Origin: an uncultured virus (IMG/VR IMGVR_UViG_3300035126_000982)
Lineage: Duplodnaviria > Heunggongvirae > Uroviricota > Caudoviricetes
Strand: one strand, 5' to 3'
DNA: 64,000 nt
Virus record (IMG/VR): IMGVR_UViG_3300035126_000982
The notes beneath the pieces are model-generated. The model saw nothing but the letters and a program-made list of their open reading frames with translations. It was not told the origin of the DNA and made no database searches. A program made the position numbers and the translations under genes. Positions 26,007-35,494 of the stretch are shown piece by piece. The first letter of the stretch is position 1, and each line of letters starts with the position of its first letter.

Positions 26007-26531
26007 TCAGGCGGGAGGATAAACAGGTACATTACCCGTTTCAATTCCAGACATTGCAACCAGAGTTTCGGTCTTTACCCTGAGTTGACCATCACACATA
26101 TAAGTAGTAACACCAACCCAACCAGCATGAGTCAGATCATATCGGGTATTTTCAGCGGCATTTGCTCCTTGCTGAGCAACACCATAAACAAGAGCATCAT
26201 AAGTAGTATTAATACCAGTCCTCTTAGTATAGTGGGGATCGTGAATAGTGTATTTTGGTAGTTGGCTTACTTCAAATGCCGTACTTGCAATACCCACCCC
26301 ACTTAGACCAGAAGTACTTGCGATGGATAGTTGGGTAGTGCTTGCAATACCAACAATTACAGCATCACCAAAATAGGTTCCAGAGCGACTACCGAAGCGA
26401 ATCACATCTCCAGTAGACGCGGCTCCTGTTCGTCCAAAAGTAGTTCCGGTTCCTGTGACAACTAGAGTTGAATAATTAAGTGATACTAGACCACCAGAAC
26501 CAACATTGTCTTTTACGCCCCAAAGAGACAT
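26007..26531 (-). CDS. Putative virion structural protein
   Basis: MSLWG..HAGWV..RVKTETLVAMS; late promoter upstream. Confidence 0.7.
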   Translation of the reverse strand: MSLWGVKDNVGSGGLVSLNYSTLVVTGTGTTFGRTGAASTGDVIRFGSRSGTYFGDAVIVGIASTTQLSIASTSGLSGVGIASTAFEVSQLPKYTIHDPHYTKRTGINTTYDALVYGVAQQGANAAENTRYDLTHAGWVGVTTYMCDGQLRVKTETLVAMSGIETGNVPVYPPA

Positions 26532-26714
26532 GGTTATCTTTCCTAATTTAACTTTATGATACTATTTAGTAATTTTATTCATCAGCAACAAAATCTATAA
26601 AAATCCACAAAAATGGTGTAATTAAAAGTGCAAACAAAATTGTCGGTAGTGGAACAATTCCTGATAGCCAAATAAGACCAGGAGGAAGTCCCACCAACAA
26701 CGACAATGTTCTCA

Positions 26715-26891
26715 TCAACCTAGAAGTTTTGTACGAACAAGATCCACTACCATATTGTCAATATCGGTATCAGTAGACTTTGCATAACGCTCTAGAAGAT
26801 GTACAACAAATTCCTTGACCTCACGGGATTGCCAGAAAAAATCAACTACTTTTTCTGCAGCAACAAGAATTAGATTCCAGCTAAATGACAT
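26715..26891 (-). CDS. Small hypothetical protein (58 aa)
   Basis: Manual translation MSFSWNL..VKEFVVHLLERYAKSTDTDIDN; late promoter upstream. Confidence 0.6.
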   Translation of the reverse strand: MSFSWNLILVAAEKVVDFFWQSREVKEFVVHLLERYAKSTDTDIDNMVVDLVRTKLLG

Positions 26892-26929
26892 TGTTTTATC
26901 CTTTAATGGGGGACATAACTATTTAGAAA

Positions 26930-28249
26930 TTAGCTGTTTTGTCTAACAAATTGAATAACTTTCTCTGCAAGCTCTTTCTTTTCGGGAACATCCTCATGTT
27001 GAGTTGCGGCATATTTGCGAATTTCTGCCTCGCTCATGGTATTCACAATTTTTAGAACTTCTGGACTCACTTTATCTCTTGAGGTTTCACCCCTTTTTAC
27101 AGAAAGAGCCAACCCAAAGAGTTTTTGTTGTTGTTCAGAAACCGCTTTTTCTTGAAGTTTATACTCTTCATACAGTTCGTCCCAGGTGTATTCGGAAAGA
27201 TCATAACCTTCTCCTAGAAGGCTGTCTACCCATTCTCTAAATTGAGCAGTTCCTTTTTTAAAGAAACTCCCGAGAGCAGCCCCAGCTCCACCACCAAGTT
27301 GTTGGGCAAGAGAACCACCTTTCTTTTTAATTTCCATTGCTCTTTGATGACCTTTGGCAGCAGAAAGGACTCCTCTGGAAACAGTATCAAGAGCACCTCT
27401 CACTGTAGTCCTAATATTTTCAGGAGAACCTGCCGATTGTGCAATACTTCTTACACCTTTAATAATTCGTTCTTGACCAGGGGGGCGAGAAGATTTGGGC
27501 GCTGGCGTTGCTGCTTTTGAAGAAACAGTTGTTGGTTTTTTAGAGGCGGCTTTTTTAGCGGCTGCTGCCTTTTCTCTAGAATCGATTTCGGCCTTAATTT
27601 GCTCTACTGTTTTTTTTGGTTTTGCCCTTTTGGCTGTTCTTTCTTCATCAAGAAGTGTCTCATAACCAAGTTGCATAACCCACTCACTAAATTCTTCAGC
27701 CCCAAGTTCATCAATAAGATCCTCAACATCCTCAACAGAAAGACCTTCTTCACAAAGATATTCGGTTGCAATGTCAATGGATTCTTCAATAAAATCTTCA
27801 TTGAGTTCTTCAGAATCAATCAGAACTGATTCAGTTTTCATTTCAGGATTTATGGTAACCACAGGGGTTTTACCTGAATAATTATCAACTTTCTTTTCTT
27901 TTACAATCTTATTGTCCGAAACGTCATTGATTTCATGAAGAAGAGATTCTTCTACAGTGTCTCTCCAGCTATAAAAAATATTTTCAGCTACTGGTGGTTT
28001 AATATTCTTATTTATTTGCCTAGTTCTTACGGCTCTTCGTTTTAGAAGATATCTATCAGTTTTATCAGTATCACCATCATTATCAATGTCACTATCTTCT
28101 TGCCCAACTGGATCTAGTTTATTTTTTTTATATTCAGTAACCTGTTGCATTTTTTCTTCTAGAACTCTTTGTTGAGGATCATTGTCACGAACCTGCTCAA
28201 CATAAAGCTCTTTCATCTTGGCAAGAGCACCTACAATTCTTTCAGACAT
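26930..28249 (-). CDS. Putative head-internal/virion protein
   Basis: LDPVGQEDSDIDNDGD, EGYDLSEY, EKAVSEQQQKLFGLAL. Confidence 0.65.
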   Translation of the reverse strand: MSERIVGALAKMKELYVEQVRDNDPQQRVLEEKMQQVTEYKKNKLDPVGQEDSDIDNDGDTDKTDRYLLKRRAVRTRQINKNIKPPVAENIFYSWRDTVEESLLHEINDVSDNKIVKEKKVDNYSGKTPVVTINPEMKTESVLIDSEELNEDFIEESIDIATEYLCEEGLSVEDVEDLIDELGAEEFSEWVMQLGYETLLDEERTAKRAKPKKTVEQIKAEIDSREKAAAAKKAASKKPTTVSSKAATPAPKSSRPPGQERIIKGVRSIAQSAGSPENIRTTVRGALDTVSRGVLSAAKGHQRAMEIKKKGGSLAQQLGGGAGAALGSFFKKGTAQFREWVDSLLGEGYDLSEYTWDELYEEYKLQEKAVSEQQQKLFGLALSVKRGETSRDKVSPEVLKIVNTMSEAEIRKYAATQHEDVPEKKELAEKVIQFVRQNS

Positions 28250-28272
28250 AAGAAATTATTTGCGATTTATTA

Positions 28273-29481
28273 CTATTTAGAACTTTTTCTCTTCTTAATG
28301 AAATTTTGAATTACTTTCATTCCAGTCATCTTCATAGCATATTCCCTGTAAGCGTCAGTACCCACCTCTCTCTGTTCGGCAGGAACACCAGAAACATCGG
28401 TCCATTCTTTAATATCCTCGATCCAAGACTTAAACATAATATTCAAATCCTCATTTACACAAATGACGTAGTTAGGACCTCTTCTTATAATTTTACCAGT
28501 TAGCCCAGTATTGAGATTTTCAATAAGGTCCCCGGTTTTATAAATGTTTTCTTTATAATATTCTTCTTTAAGAATCTCATAATTTGAGGATGGATCTATT
28601 TTCCAGGATTCCTTTTTCTCACCTGAAAGAGCCCTCTGAACAGCAAAAAATAGGGCCTGCTGTTGCTTTGCATTTAATGTTTTTGGGAGACCTCTTTGGA
28701 ATGCAAAGAAATCATCTTCTAGGGCTGCCTTTCTGAGTCTTGCAGAAGAAGATGGATTAGGGCTATTTTCTAGATCTGGATCCTCACTAGGAAGGGCAAT
28801 TACATTAATATCTGCAAGATTATAAATTTCTCCATTGTATTGATTTGCTAGACGATCAAATTCCGATCTTCTCTTTGCACCGGTTACAAGATTAACAGTT
28901 TCATAGCCTTCTTCATCGGCCAATTTAAGAACATCAAAAATTGTTTTCATATCATCATCATTGATGATATTATCAGCAAATTTTGGAAAGGCCTTTCTCA
29001 TATAATAAATCTTATCAGAAGGACTTAAAGGGTTGGAAGGATCTCCATATGACCTTGAAGGATAGATCTTTAGATCACCCGATTGGGCTATTTCTTTAGC
29101 CTTCTTTAATAGCTTTTCATGACCAATTGTTGGTGGATTAAATCTCCCAAAAACAACTGTGAGAACTTCTTGAGTTTCTGGTTCTGGGGCCTTTTCTTGT
29201 TCTTTTGGTGGCGAGACTTGTCTTTCGGGTGGTTGCCTTTTTGCAAGAGGTGTGGCGGTTCTTGCGGAAGGTTTCATTGATGCAGAAGGTGGGGTGGCCT
29301 TTTCGGCTGCTGGGGATTTTCCTTTTATAAAAACCAATTGACCACCTTCGGTTTTTGCAACCTTACGACCGGATCTATCTACCCAATATCCGTGACCGTC
29401 AGATGCAAGACCTAGATTTAGGGCCTTTTCTGAGGCTTGGGAACCTCTGGCCTCATATAGAAATTCAAAGTACTTTTTCAT
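28273..29481 (-). CDS. Cytidylyltransferase-like protein
   Basis: FGRFNPPTIGHEKL (HIGH-like), SSARLR. Confidence 0.8.
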   Translation of the reverse strand: MKKYFEFLYEARGSQASEKALNLGLASDGHGYWVDRSGRKVAKTEGGQLVFIKGKSPAAEKATPPSASMKPSARTATPLAKRQPPERQVSPPKEQEKAPEPETQEVLTVVFGRFNPPTIGHEKLLKKAKEIAQSGDLKIYPSRSYGDPSNPLSPSDKIYYMRKAFPKFADNIINDDDMKTIFDVLKLADEEGYETVNLVTGAKRRSEFDRLANQYNGEIYNLADINVIALPSEDPDLENSPNPSSSARLRKAALEDDFFAFQRGLPKTLNAKQQQALFFAVQRALSGEKKESWKIDPSSNYEILKEEYYKENIYKTGDLIENLNTGLTGKIIRRGPNYVICVNEDLNIMFKSWIEDIKEWTDVSGVPAEQREVGTDAYREYAMKMTGMKVIQNFIKKRKSSK

Positions 29482-29483
29482 AA

Positions 29484-30098
29484 TTATCCACGTTGCCTAG
29501 GGAATCTGGCTCCAGTTCTAGATTGACCAAGATTCGGTAGTGCGGAGGTTGCTCCACTTGCTGACATGCTTGTATATTTACCTGTTCTTCTCACACCGGT
29601 AGATTGTCTAGATGCAAATCCGGCTCTATCTACTTCTGGTGAAGTATTTGTTTGCCTAGATACTTCTCTCTCTGCTGCAGCAGCAAAACGGGGATCATTA
29701 AGTCTTGATCCTGTCATGGGACGATCAGTTCTAGATGCGGCGGTTCTGGTTGTTGCAATATCACTAGTTTGGGCTCTTTCTCCTCTTGGACCAGTTGGAG
29801 TTTTTTGGGAACTTTTACTTCCACTTCTTTGAGCCAATTCTGTAGCAACAGGTCCCTTTAGTCCGGTTATTTTTTTTCTAAGATGACTTACTTTTTTTGG
29901 ATTAAAGGTGGGGGATGCTGCTCTTCGCATTTCAGCATCCATCTCTTTTCTTGCCTTGGCAGTTGCATTAATAGCAGATATTTGAGCCTCAATAAGATAC
30001 TCATAAAAACTATCACTTACTGATTCTAGAATCTTTACGGCCTCTAATTCACTGTTACAATATCTTTCTTCGATAAGAAAGTCTACTAGTTCTTGCAT
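29484..30098 (-). CDS. Putative head-internal protein
   Basis: Acidic N-terminus ending LIEA, then basic low-complexity body; late promoter upstream. Confidence 0.55.
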   Translation of the reverse strand: MQELVDFLIEERYCNSELEAVKILESVSDSFYEYLIEAQISAINATAKARKEMDAEMRRAASPTFNPKKVSHLRKKITGLKGPVATELAQRSGSKSSQKTPTGPRGERAQTSDIATTRTAASRTDRPMTGSRLNDPRFAAAAEREVSRQTNTSPEVDRAGFASRQSTGVRRTGKYTSMSASGATSALPNLGQSRTGARFPRQRG

Positions 30099-30344
30099 TT
30101 TACTACAATTGTTTTAGTTATTTAGTAACAAAAAAGCGCCTAGATGGCGCTTAAAATTGATAGACTATTTACCTTTTAGAGTCATAATTAATCATACTCT
30201 ACACCATAAAGAATTTCATTTTTAGCATAATAACCAAGTTTTTTTTGGATATTATAAATTTCATGGTGTAATTCTTTTTGTCTTTCGTTTACTTTTTCTA
30301 ACTCACTTCTAAGAGATTTAAGAGTGTTTTTTAATTCAACCATT

Positions 30345-30752
30345 TCAAATATCTCCTTCTCGTCGGTTTTCGGAGCGTTCGACAGTAAAATGGCCTTCTG
30401 GATATCGTGCAGAAAGTTTTTCATAATTCATTTGCATAAGATCTTCAAAACTTACACCCATTGCAATACAAAATTGGGCAAAATACCAGAGGCAGTCTCC
30501 AGCCTCCTTCATAGCATGGACTTTTGCTTGATCGTCCAGGCATTTTCCTTGTAAGAGACACTTTTTAATAATCTCTACACATTCACCCATTTCAGCAGAT
30601 GCCCCTAGGGCAAAAGTAAGAAGGTGAGTAAGTTTTACTCCCTCACCTTCTAGTACACGAATTCTGTCAATAAGAACATTAACATCTGAACTTGCCGCAC
30701 TTGTGGTCTGTTGTACAAAATCAATATATTCAGTAGAAGTAATATTAGTCAT
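30345..30752 (-). CDS. mazG: MazG-like nucleotide pyrophosphohydrolase
   Basis: AEMGECVEIIKK..EAGDCLWY..NYEKLSARYP. Confidence 0.88.
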   Translation of the reverse strand: MTNITSTEYIDFVQQTTSAASSDVNVLIDRIRVLEGEGVKLTHLLTFALGASAEMGECVEIIKKCLLQGKCLDDQAKVHAMKEAGDCLWYFAQFCIAMGVSFEDLMQMNYEKLSARYPEGHFTVERSENRREGDI

Positions 30753-30757
30753 AATAA

Positions 30758-31189
30758 TTAATCAAAGTTAATAGTTTTAAATTTGGATTTTAAATCTGGT
30801 GAATCATTATTTGATATTCTATTTTCAATCAGTTCCTCTTGAGCCGACTGATCCACATCATACACCCTCATCTTGGATCTGTCAACCCCCACCACAAATT
30901 TACGATACCGATCCAAAGGCCCATAACGATTCTTTAGTTGTTTAATAATAATCTGGTTCATCTGCTCTAGTTCCTCTGTTGAAATAAGAGCCAGGAGTAA
31001 ATCAGCAGTAAAGGCGATGCCATAAGAATCCGAAACGTCTTCTAGAGATGATTCGGTTGTGGAGGAGCCACTATTGTGGGTCAAAATATCATTGGCGAAA
31101 AACAAATTATCGCCCGATACATTAATATCTATGGTTTCTCGTTCACCAATTTTTTTAATGGAAACGATTTCATCTAAGCAAATTTGCAT
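30758..31189 (-). CDS. gp41: gp41 helicase C-terminal part with split-intein C fragment (39 aa, 31073-31189)
   Basis: IDINVSGDNLFFANDILTHN|SG..TADL..QLKNRY. Confidence 0.9.
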   Translation of the reverse strand: MQICLDEIVSIKKIGERETIDINVSGDNLFFANDILTHNSGSSTTESSLEDVSDSYGIAFTADLLLALISTEELEQMNQIIIKQLKNRYGPLDRYRKFVVGVDRSKMRVYDVDQSAQEELIENRISNNDSPDLKSKFKTINFD

Positions 31190-32505
31190 TTTTCCTCCTC
31201 AGTAAGTTGCAAAACATCAAACATTTTTTGTAAGTCCTCATCAATTTTCCAGGAGCGTAAAATTAAAACAGTATAGCCTCTACTTTCCGCTAACCACTTT
31301 TTATAAAAATCTTTATTATATTCAAGTTTAGTTAAATCATCTTTTTTCACTCCAATAGTTGAATCGTAATCAATATCATCATGAAATCTAACACCATTAT
31401 ATTCTATAAGAATGTTTAAATCAGGAATATAAAAATCATAAAAAAACATTCTAGGTATTTTATATACAGAATATTCTTCTGGTGTTAGAAACATTCCAAG
31501 TTCTTCTTCTTTGTATTTGCATTCATAGCCTTTTGAAGTGAGAATTTCATTTAGCTTATCAAAATAAACCAAAGATTCTTTTGAAAATCTATTTACTTTT
31601 CGGTTTCGCTCATATTGTATTTTTGTTATAATTTCAAATGCTACTTCTTCTGGAATATTATTTTTTTCATAATATTCCATGCAAAGTAGATTATTTTTCT
31701 TATGGTTAACAAGAAATTCATTATATTTTTTTATACCATCTTCTTCTCCATATCTGGATATAAATGATCGTAATGAGGTAACACTCCATCTATCACTGAT
31801 CGCTATTTGTATTTCTTCAAATGATAGACCTTGTTTTAATAATTTTTCAACAAAAGCATCTTTACTTAATGATTTCGATTTTTTAGAATTAGCCTCTTTA
31901 AATTTTTGTAGACCAAGTTCTTCACCATACTTTAAAATTTTACCCTCAAGAGTATTATTTTGTGCTATTGAATTTCTAAATTCATTATAATGCTTTTCCC
32001 AGTCATCTCCAAATTTTTGTTTAAAGGCTCTTTTTGATGTGCCAAAACCAGTATTGTCCCAATAATTTCTAAAAACTTTAGGTCCTTCTATTTCACCGTG
32101 TCTTTTAATACACATTTCTAAAGACATTACTCTACTTTTACTATATTCTTTAAATTTTATTGGACCTTCTATTTCGCCATATCTTTGTATGTAATTTTCT
32201 AAACTTTGAGCAGTTTGTTTAATTCTTTCTTCAAATAACTTAACGCCCTCGATTTCACCATATCGAAGTTTGTGTACCTCTAAAGAAACTGAATCCTTAC
32301 CATATTTTAATGAATCTATTGTTCTTTGATAGATATTATCCACATTTAATTCAATTTGTTTTGTTAATACTTTAAATTTTCTATTTAAATTTAGTTCCTC
32401 ATTATTATGGGCTTCGACTAATTTTTCAATGTCCTCTAAATAATGGTCAAGAGAATCTAGGCCAGTTAATTTTTTTAATTTGTTTACCGCAAAATTGATT
32501 TCCAT
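31174..32505 (-). CDS. Free-standing endonuclease, YGExxG repeats plus Vsr-like/PD-(D/E)xK domain
   Basis: Repeated YGE(I/E)xG; C-terminal FYDFYI..LIEYNGVRFH. Confidence 0.8.
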   Translation of the reverse strand: MEINFAVNKLKKLTGLDSLDHYLEDIEKLVEAHNNEELNLNRKFKVLTKQIELNVDNIYQRTIDSLKYGKDSVSLEVHKLRYGEIEGVKLFEERIKQTAQSLENYIQRYGEIEGPIKFKEYSKSRVMSLEMCIKRHGEIEGPKVFRNYWDNTGFGTSKRAFKQKFGDDWEKHYNEFRNSIAQNNTLEGKILKYGEELGLQKFKEANSKKSKSLSKDAFVEKLLKQGLSFEEIQIAISDRWSVTSLRSFISRYGEEDGIKKYNEFLVNHKKNNLLCMEYYEKNNIPEEVAFEIITKIQYERNRKVNRFSKESLVYFDKLNEILTSKGYECKYKEEELGMFLTPEEYSVYKIPRMFFYDFYIPDLNILIEYNGVRFHDDIDYDSTIGVKKDDLTKLEYNKDFYKKWLAESRGYTVLILRSWKIDEDLQKMFDVLQLTEEEKCKFA

Positions 32506-32512
32506 TTTTGTA

Positions 32513-32562
32513 TTATCGGGTACTCAGTTATTTAGAAAAAAGTTAAGTTGAGTACCCGATAA
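32513..32562 (-). promoter_or_regulatory. Hairpin with a late promoter in its loop, upstream of endonuclease
   Basis: Perfect 14-bp arms TTATCGGGTACTCA/TGAGTACCCGATAA with CTAAATA in the loop. Confidence 0.75.
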
Positions 32563-32564
32563 GA

Positions 32565-33887
32565 TCATTTAACAAACAACTTATCCCCAATGGTCAGTCC
32601 ACTCAAGATATTTTTCTCCCCTTCAGTAGTTGGGAATATGTGTCTGTCAGAGCAGACGATTTTCTTACCTGATTTAGTTGTAATTTCATAAACTTCTTGA
32701 GTCTCTATCGGATAAACTTCATTAACCTTGACATGTCCAGAATGAGATAAAATTTCATCTCCAACTTTAACATCTTTTATTTCAATTTTTTGGCCATCTT
32801 TTTTAGTTACTATAGTATCTAAACCGAGACATCGATTAAATTGTACCGCCGAGACTGTTGGTATATTATATTCCACACCCAATCCCCTCAATTCTTCTGC
32901 AATAGATTTTACATAAGTGTAAGAATTGGAAGTGCTTGTTTTATATCTAGATGAAGAACAGAGATTTAAATAATCAATTACAATTGCATCAGGAATAAAA
33001 TTCTTTTTCATTTCAAGTTCTTTCAATAATACTTTAAAATGATTTGCACTTGCAGTTCCGGGTGGATACTCCTTAATGATAAGTTTACCTTGAGTCTTTT
33101 TACTCAATTGAGTTGTCTTACTTAAAAACTGCTCTTTTGATAATTTTGAAATATCTTGAACCGGTACATCAAGAAGATTGGCATCAATTCGTTCTGCAAT
33201 TCTCTCCTCGGCCATTTCAAGAGTGATGTATAAGACATTCTTTCCTTGAAGAAGAGTTGCCGCTGAAAAATGGCAAAGAAAAAGACTTTTACCAACACCA
33301 GGCGGTGCCACAAAAAGATTTAAAGTTTTGGGTGATAAACCACCATCTGTAATTCTGTTAAGATAATCAACATCAAAAGGAATTTTAAGATCTTTTTTAT
33401 GATAAAACTCATAACGAGCCTCAACGTCTTCGATATAGTCATGCCCAATTGATATATCAAATGAAACAGAAAGTGCCTCTTGTAAGATAGAAGGAATAGC
33501 ATCTCGATTTCTTTTCGAGTCACCACCATCCGCAATATGAATAGATTCCATAAGGGCCAGATAAATCGCCCGATCTTTACACCACTTTTCGGTGGTCGCA
33601 AAAAGCCATTCACTTTCTACTGGATTGTAATCAAGCCCAGAAGTAATCTCCATACAATCCTTAAAGGACTGTTCAGTTAAATCAGTCCTGTTCTCAATTT
33701 CAATCTCAATTGCTTCTTTGGTTGGTAGTTGATTATAAGAAGAAAAGAATTCTTGAATTTCTTCAAAAATTACTTTTTCTGAATAATTCTGAAAATATTC
33801 AGATTTTAGGTAAGGTAGAATTTTTCGTACAAATTCTTCATTATATATTAAGTTTTTTAAAATCAGTAGTTCGACTTTATCCATCAT
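32565..33887 (-). CDS. gp41: gp41 helicase N-terminal part with split-intein N fragment (88 aa, 32568-32831)
   Basis: GVGKSL, ITLEMAEE, IDYLN, QFNR|CLGLDT..CSDRH. Confidence 0.92.
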   Translation of the reverse strand: MMDKVELLILKNLIYNEEFVRKILPYLKSEYFQNYSEKVIFEEIQEFFSSYNQLPTKEAIEIEIENRTDLTEQSFKDCMEITSGLDYNPVESEWLFATTEKWCKDRAIYLALMESIHIADGGDSKRNRDAIPSILQEALSVSFDISIGHDYIEDVEARYEFYHKKDLKIPFDVDYLNRITDGGLSPKTLNLFVAPPGVGKSLFLCHFSAATLLQGKNVLYITLEMAEERIAERIDANLLDVPVQDISKLSKEQFLSKTTQLSKKTQGKLIIKEYPPGTASANHFKVLLKELEMKKNFIPDAIVIDYLNLCSSSRYKTSTSNSYTYVKSIAEELRGLGVEYNIPTVSAVQFNRCLGLDTIVTKKDGQKIEIKDVKVGDEILSHSGHVKVNEVYPIETQEVYEITTKSGKKIVCSDRHIFPTTEGEKNILSGLTIGDKLFVK

Positions 33888-34465
33888 TTATAATGTAAGT
33901 ATCCTGTTAGGATGTATTTGTCATTGGTCACTGGGACTTCTCCTTTATGGGGGAACATCCACATGGGAGGAAATATTAGTAGAGAACCCTTGGTGGGATT
34001 GACTCTAAAATTGGTAAAAGATGTATCTCCACCAAGCTCCACAGTGTTAAGATAATAAGTAAAAGATAAAAATCTTCTAGCAGAATTATAATCGAGAACG
34101 TCTACATGCGTATTAAAGAATTCATCTCCATTATTTTTATATCTTTTAATTCTAAACTGCTCAAAATTGTGTTTTTCAGGAAAGCACCGATCATCAACAT
34201 ATTCATAATACTTATTTTTATACTCAAAAGTTTTTGAGATTATGTAATTATGAACAGTATTGACTTCATCGGTGATTTTGCAATTTTCTGTAAGATTAAC
34301 TTGAGTGAAATTTGGAGTCCCATCATTTTCAATTTTTTCTTGAAGATGGTACTGGGACTCAAAAAAGTTAATTAAGAAATCACAAACATTATCCTCAATT
34401 GCATTGGGATATAGCTGAATTAGATCATTTAGTTCAATCATCAATTGGTTCCGGTTCTTGTTCAA
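33884..34465 (-). CDS. 2OG-Fe(II) oxygenase
   Basis: HVD..YLN...GG.T.F..FPP.W..PH.G...KYI. Confidence 0.85.
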   Translation of the reverse strand: MNKNRNQLMIELNDLIQLYPNAIEDNVCDFLINFFESQYHLQEKIENDGTPNFTQVNLTENCKITDEVNTVHNYIISKTFEYKNKYYEYVDDRCFPEKHNFEQFRIKRYKNNGDEFFNTHVDVLDYNSARRFLSFTYYLNTVELGGDTSFTNFRVNPTKGSLLIFPPMWMFPHKGEVPVTNDKYILTGYLHYK

Positions 34466-35489
34466 CTACCAGATCTTCGGTTAAAGAAGAGCCATACTTA
34501 AATTTCTTCTGGGCATAAGCATCTAGTTGTTCAAGAAGTTCTGGGGTGAAATATTCTTCTGGATTTGCATAAATGACGTTTTTGCCAATCTTTTTACCGT
34601 TGATCTCATAACGGTTGCCGACCCTGGGAATTATACCAGATTCCTCACCGATGTCCAAAAGTCCGTAGTAACGGTCGAGTCCGCGATGATCATAGTATAA
34701 ACGTACTGATACTTCTTGATTCTCTCTACTTAAACGAGACTTAAATGTTTTGGCCTTAATAATACTACCAACGATTTCGGTTCCGTCTTTTTCTTTAGAT
34801 TTGGTTAATTCAACAATTGTAGAAGCCGAATATTGCATTCCAGAACCAGAACTTTGAACAAATGCCGGACCATAACCTCCCACATTTGCATAAATGTGAT
34901 TGGTCACAATCATTGGAATGTTTGCCTTACCAAGTTTAAGTGTAAGCATTCTAAACGCCGCCTTTGTAAGTTGGGCTCTTGTCATATCACGTTTTTCTTC
35001 ACCAGCAAGGGTATCATTAATCTCCTTATTAGTCGAAAGCATCCCAAGAGAATCAAGAACAAACATACATGGTCTTCTTTCTTCCTCTGGCTTCTTCATA
35101 TAAATGTCAACCGCCTTAAGAGCCTTAGTTCTAAATTCTTCCACAGTAACCACGTTTAAAACTACTACCCTTGAAAGGTCAATTCCCTTTTCCGATAGCA
35201 TTTTTCTAGTAACGGCAGCCTCAGTGTCAAAATAAAGACAATATCCTTCTGGATTCATTTCTAAGTAATTCTTGACTACAGCAAGAGAGAAGAAAGTTTT
35301 TCCCGATGCGTTCGCCCCAGAAAATGTAGTAATTTTATTACCAGAAACTCCCCCGAAAAGAGAACCACTGACAAGGGCATTAAGCATAAATGACCCAGTA
35401 TCTACATAAATTTCGTCTTCACTAATATCTTCGGCTAGTTGAGCATATTCTGAGCCGACTTCCTTAATAAGATTTTCTAAAAATTCCAT
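34434..35489 (-). CDS. uvsX: RecA-like recombinase
   Basis: GANASGKT, YFDTE, LDSLG, KSRL; probable start MEFLENL. Confidence 0.9.
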   Translation of the reverse strand: MEFLENLIKEVGSEYAQLAEDISEDEIYVDTGSFMLNALVSGSLFGGVSGNKITTFSGANASGKTFFSLAVVKNYLEMNPEGYCLYFDTEAAVTRKMLSEKGIDLSRVVVLNVVTVEEFRTKALKAVDIYMKKPEEERRPCMFVLDSLGMLSTNKEINDTLAGEEKRDMTRAQLTKAAFRMLTLKLGKANIPMIVTNHIYANVGGYGPAFVQSSGSGMQYSASTIVELTKSKEKDGTEIVGSIIKAKTFKSRLSRENQEVSVRLYYDHRGLDRYYGLLDIGEESGIIPRVGNRYEINGKKIGKNVIYANPEEYFTPELLEQLDAYAQKKFKYGSSLTEDLVVEQEPEPIDD

Positions 35490-35494
35490 AAGTT

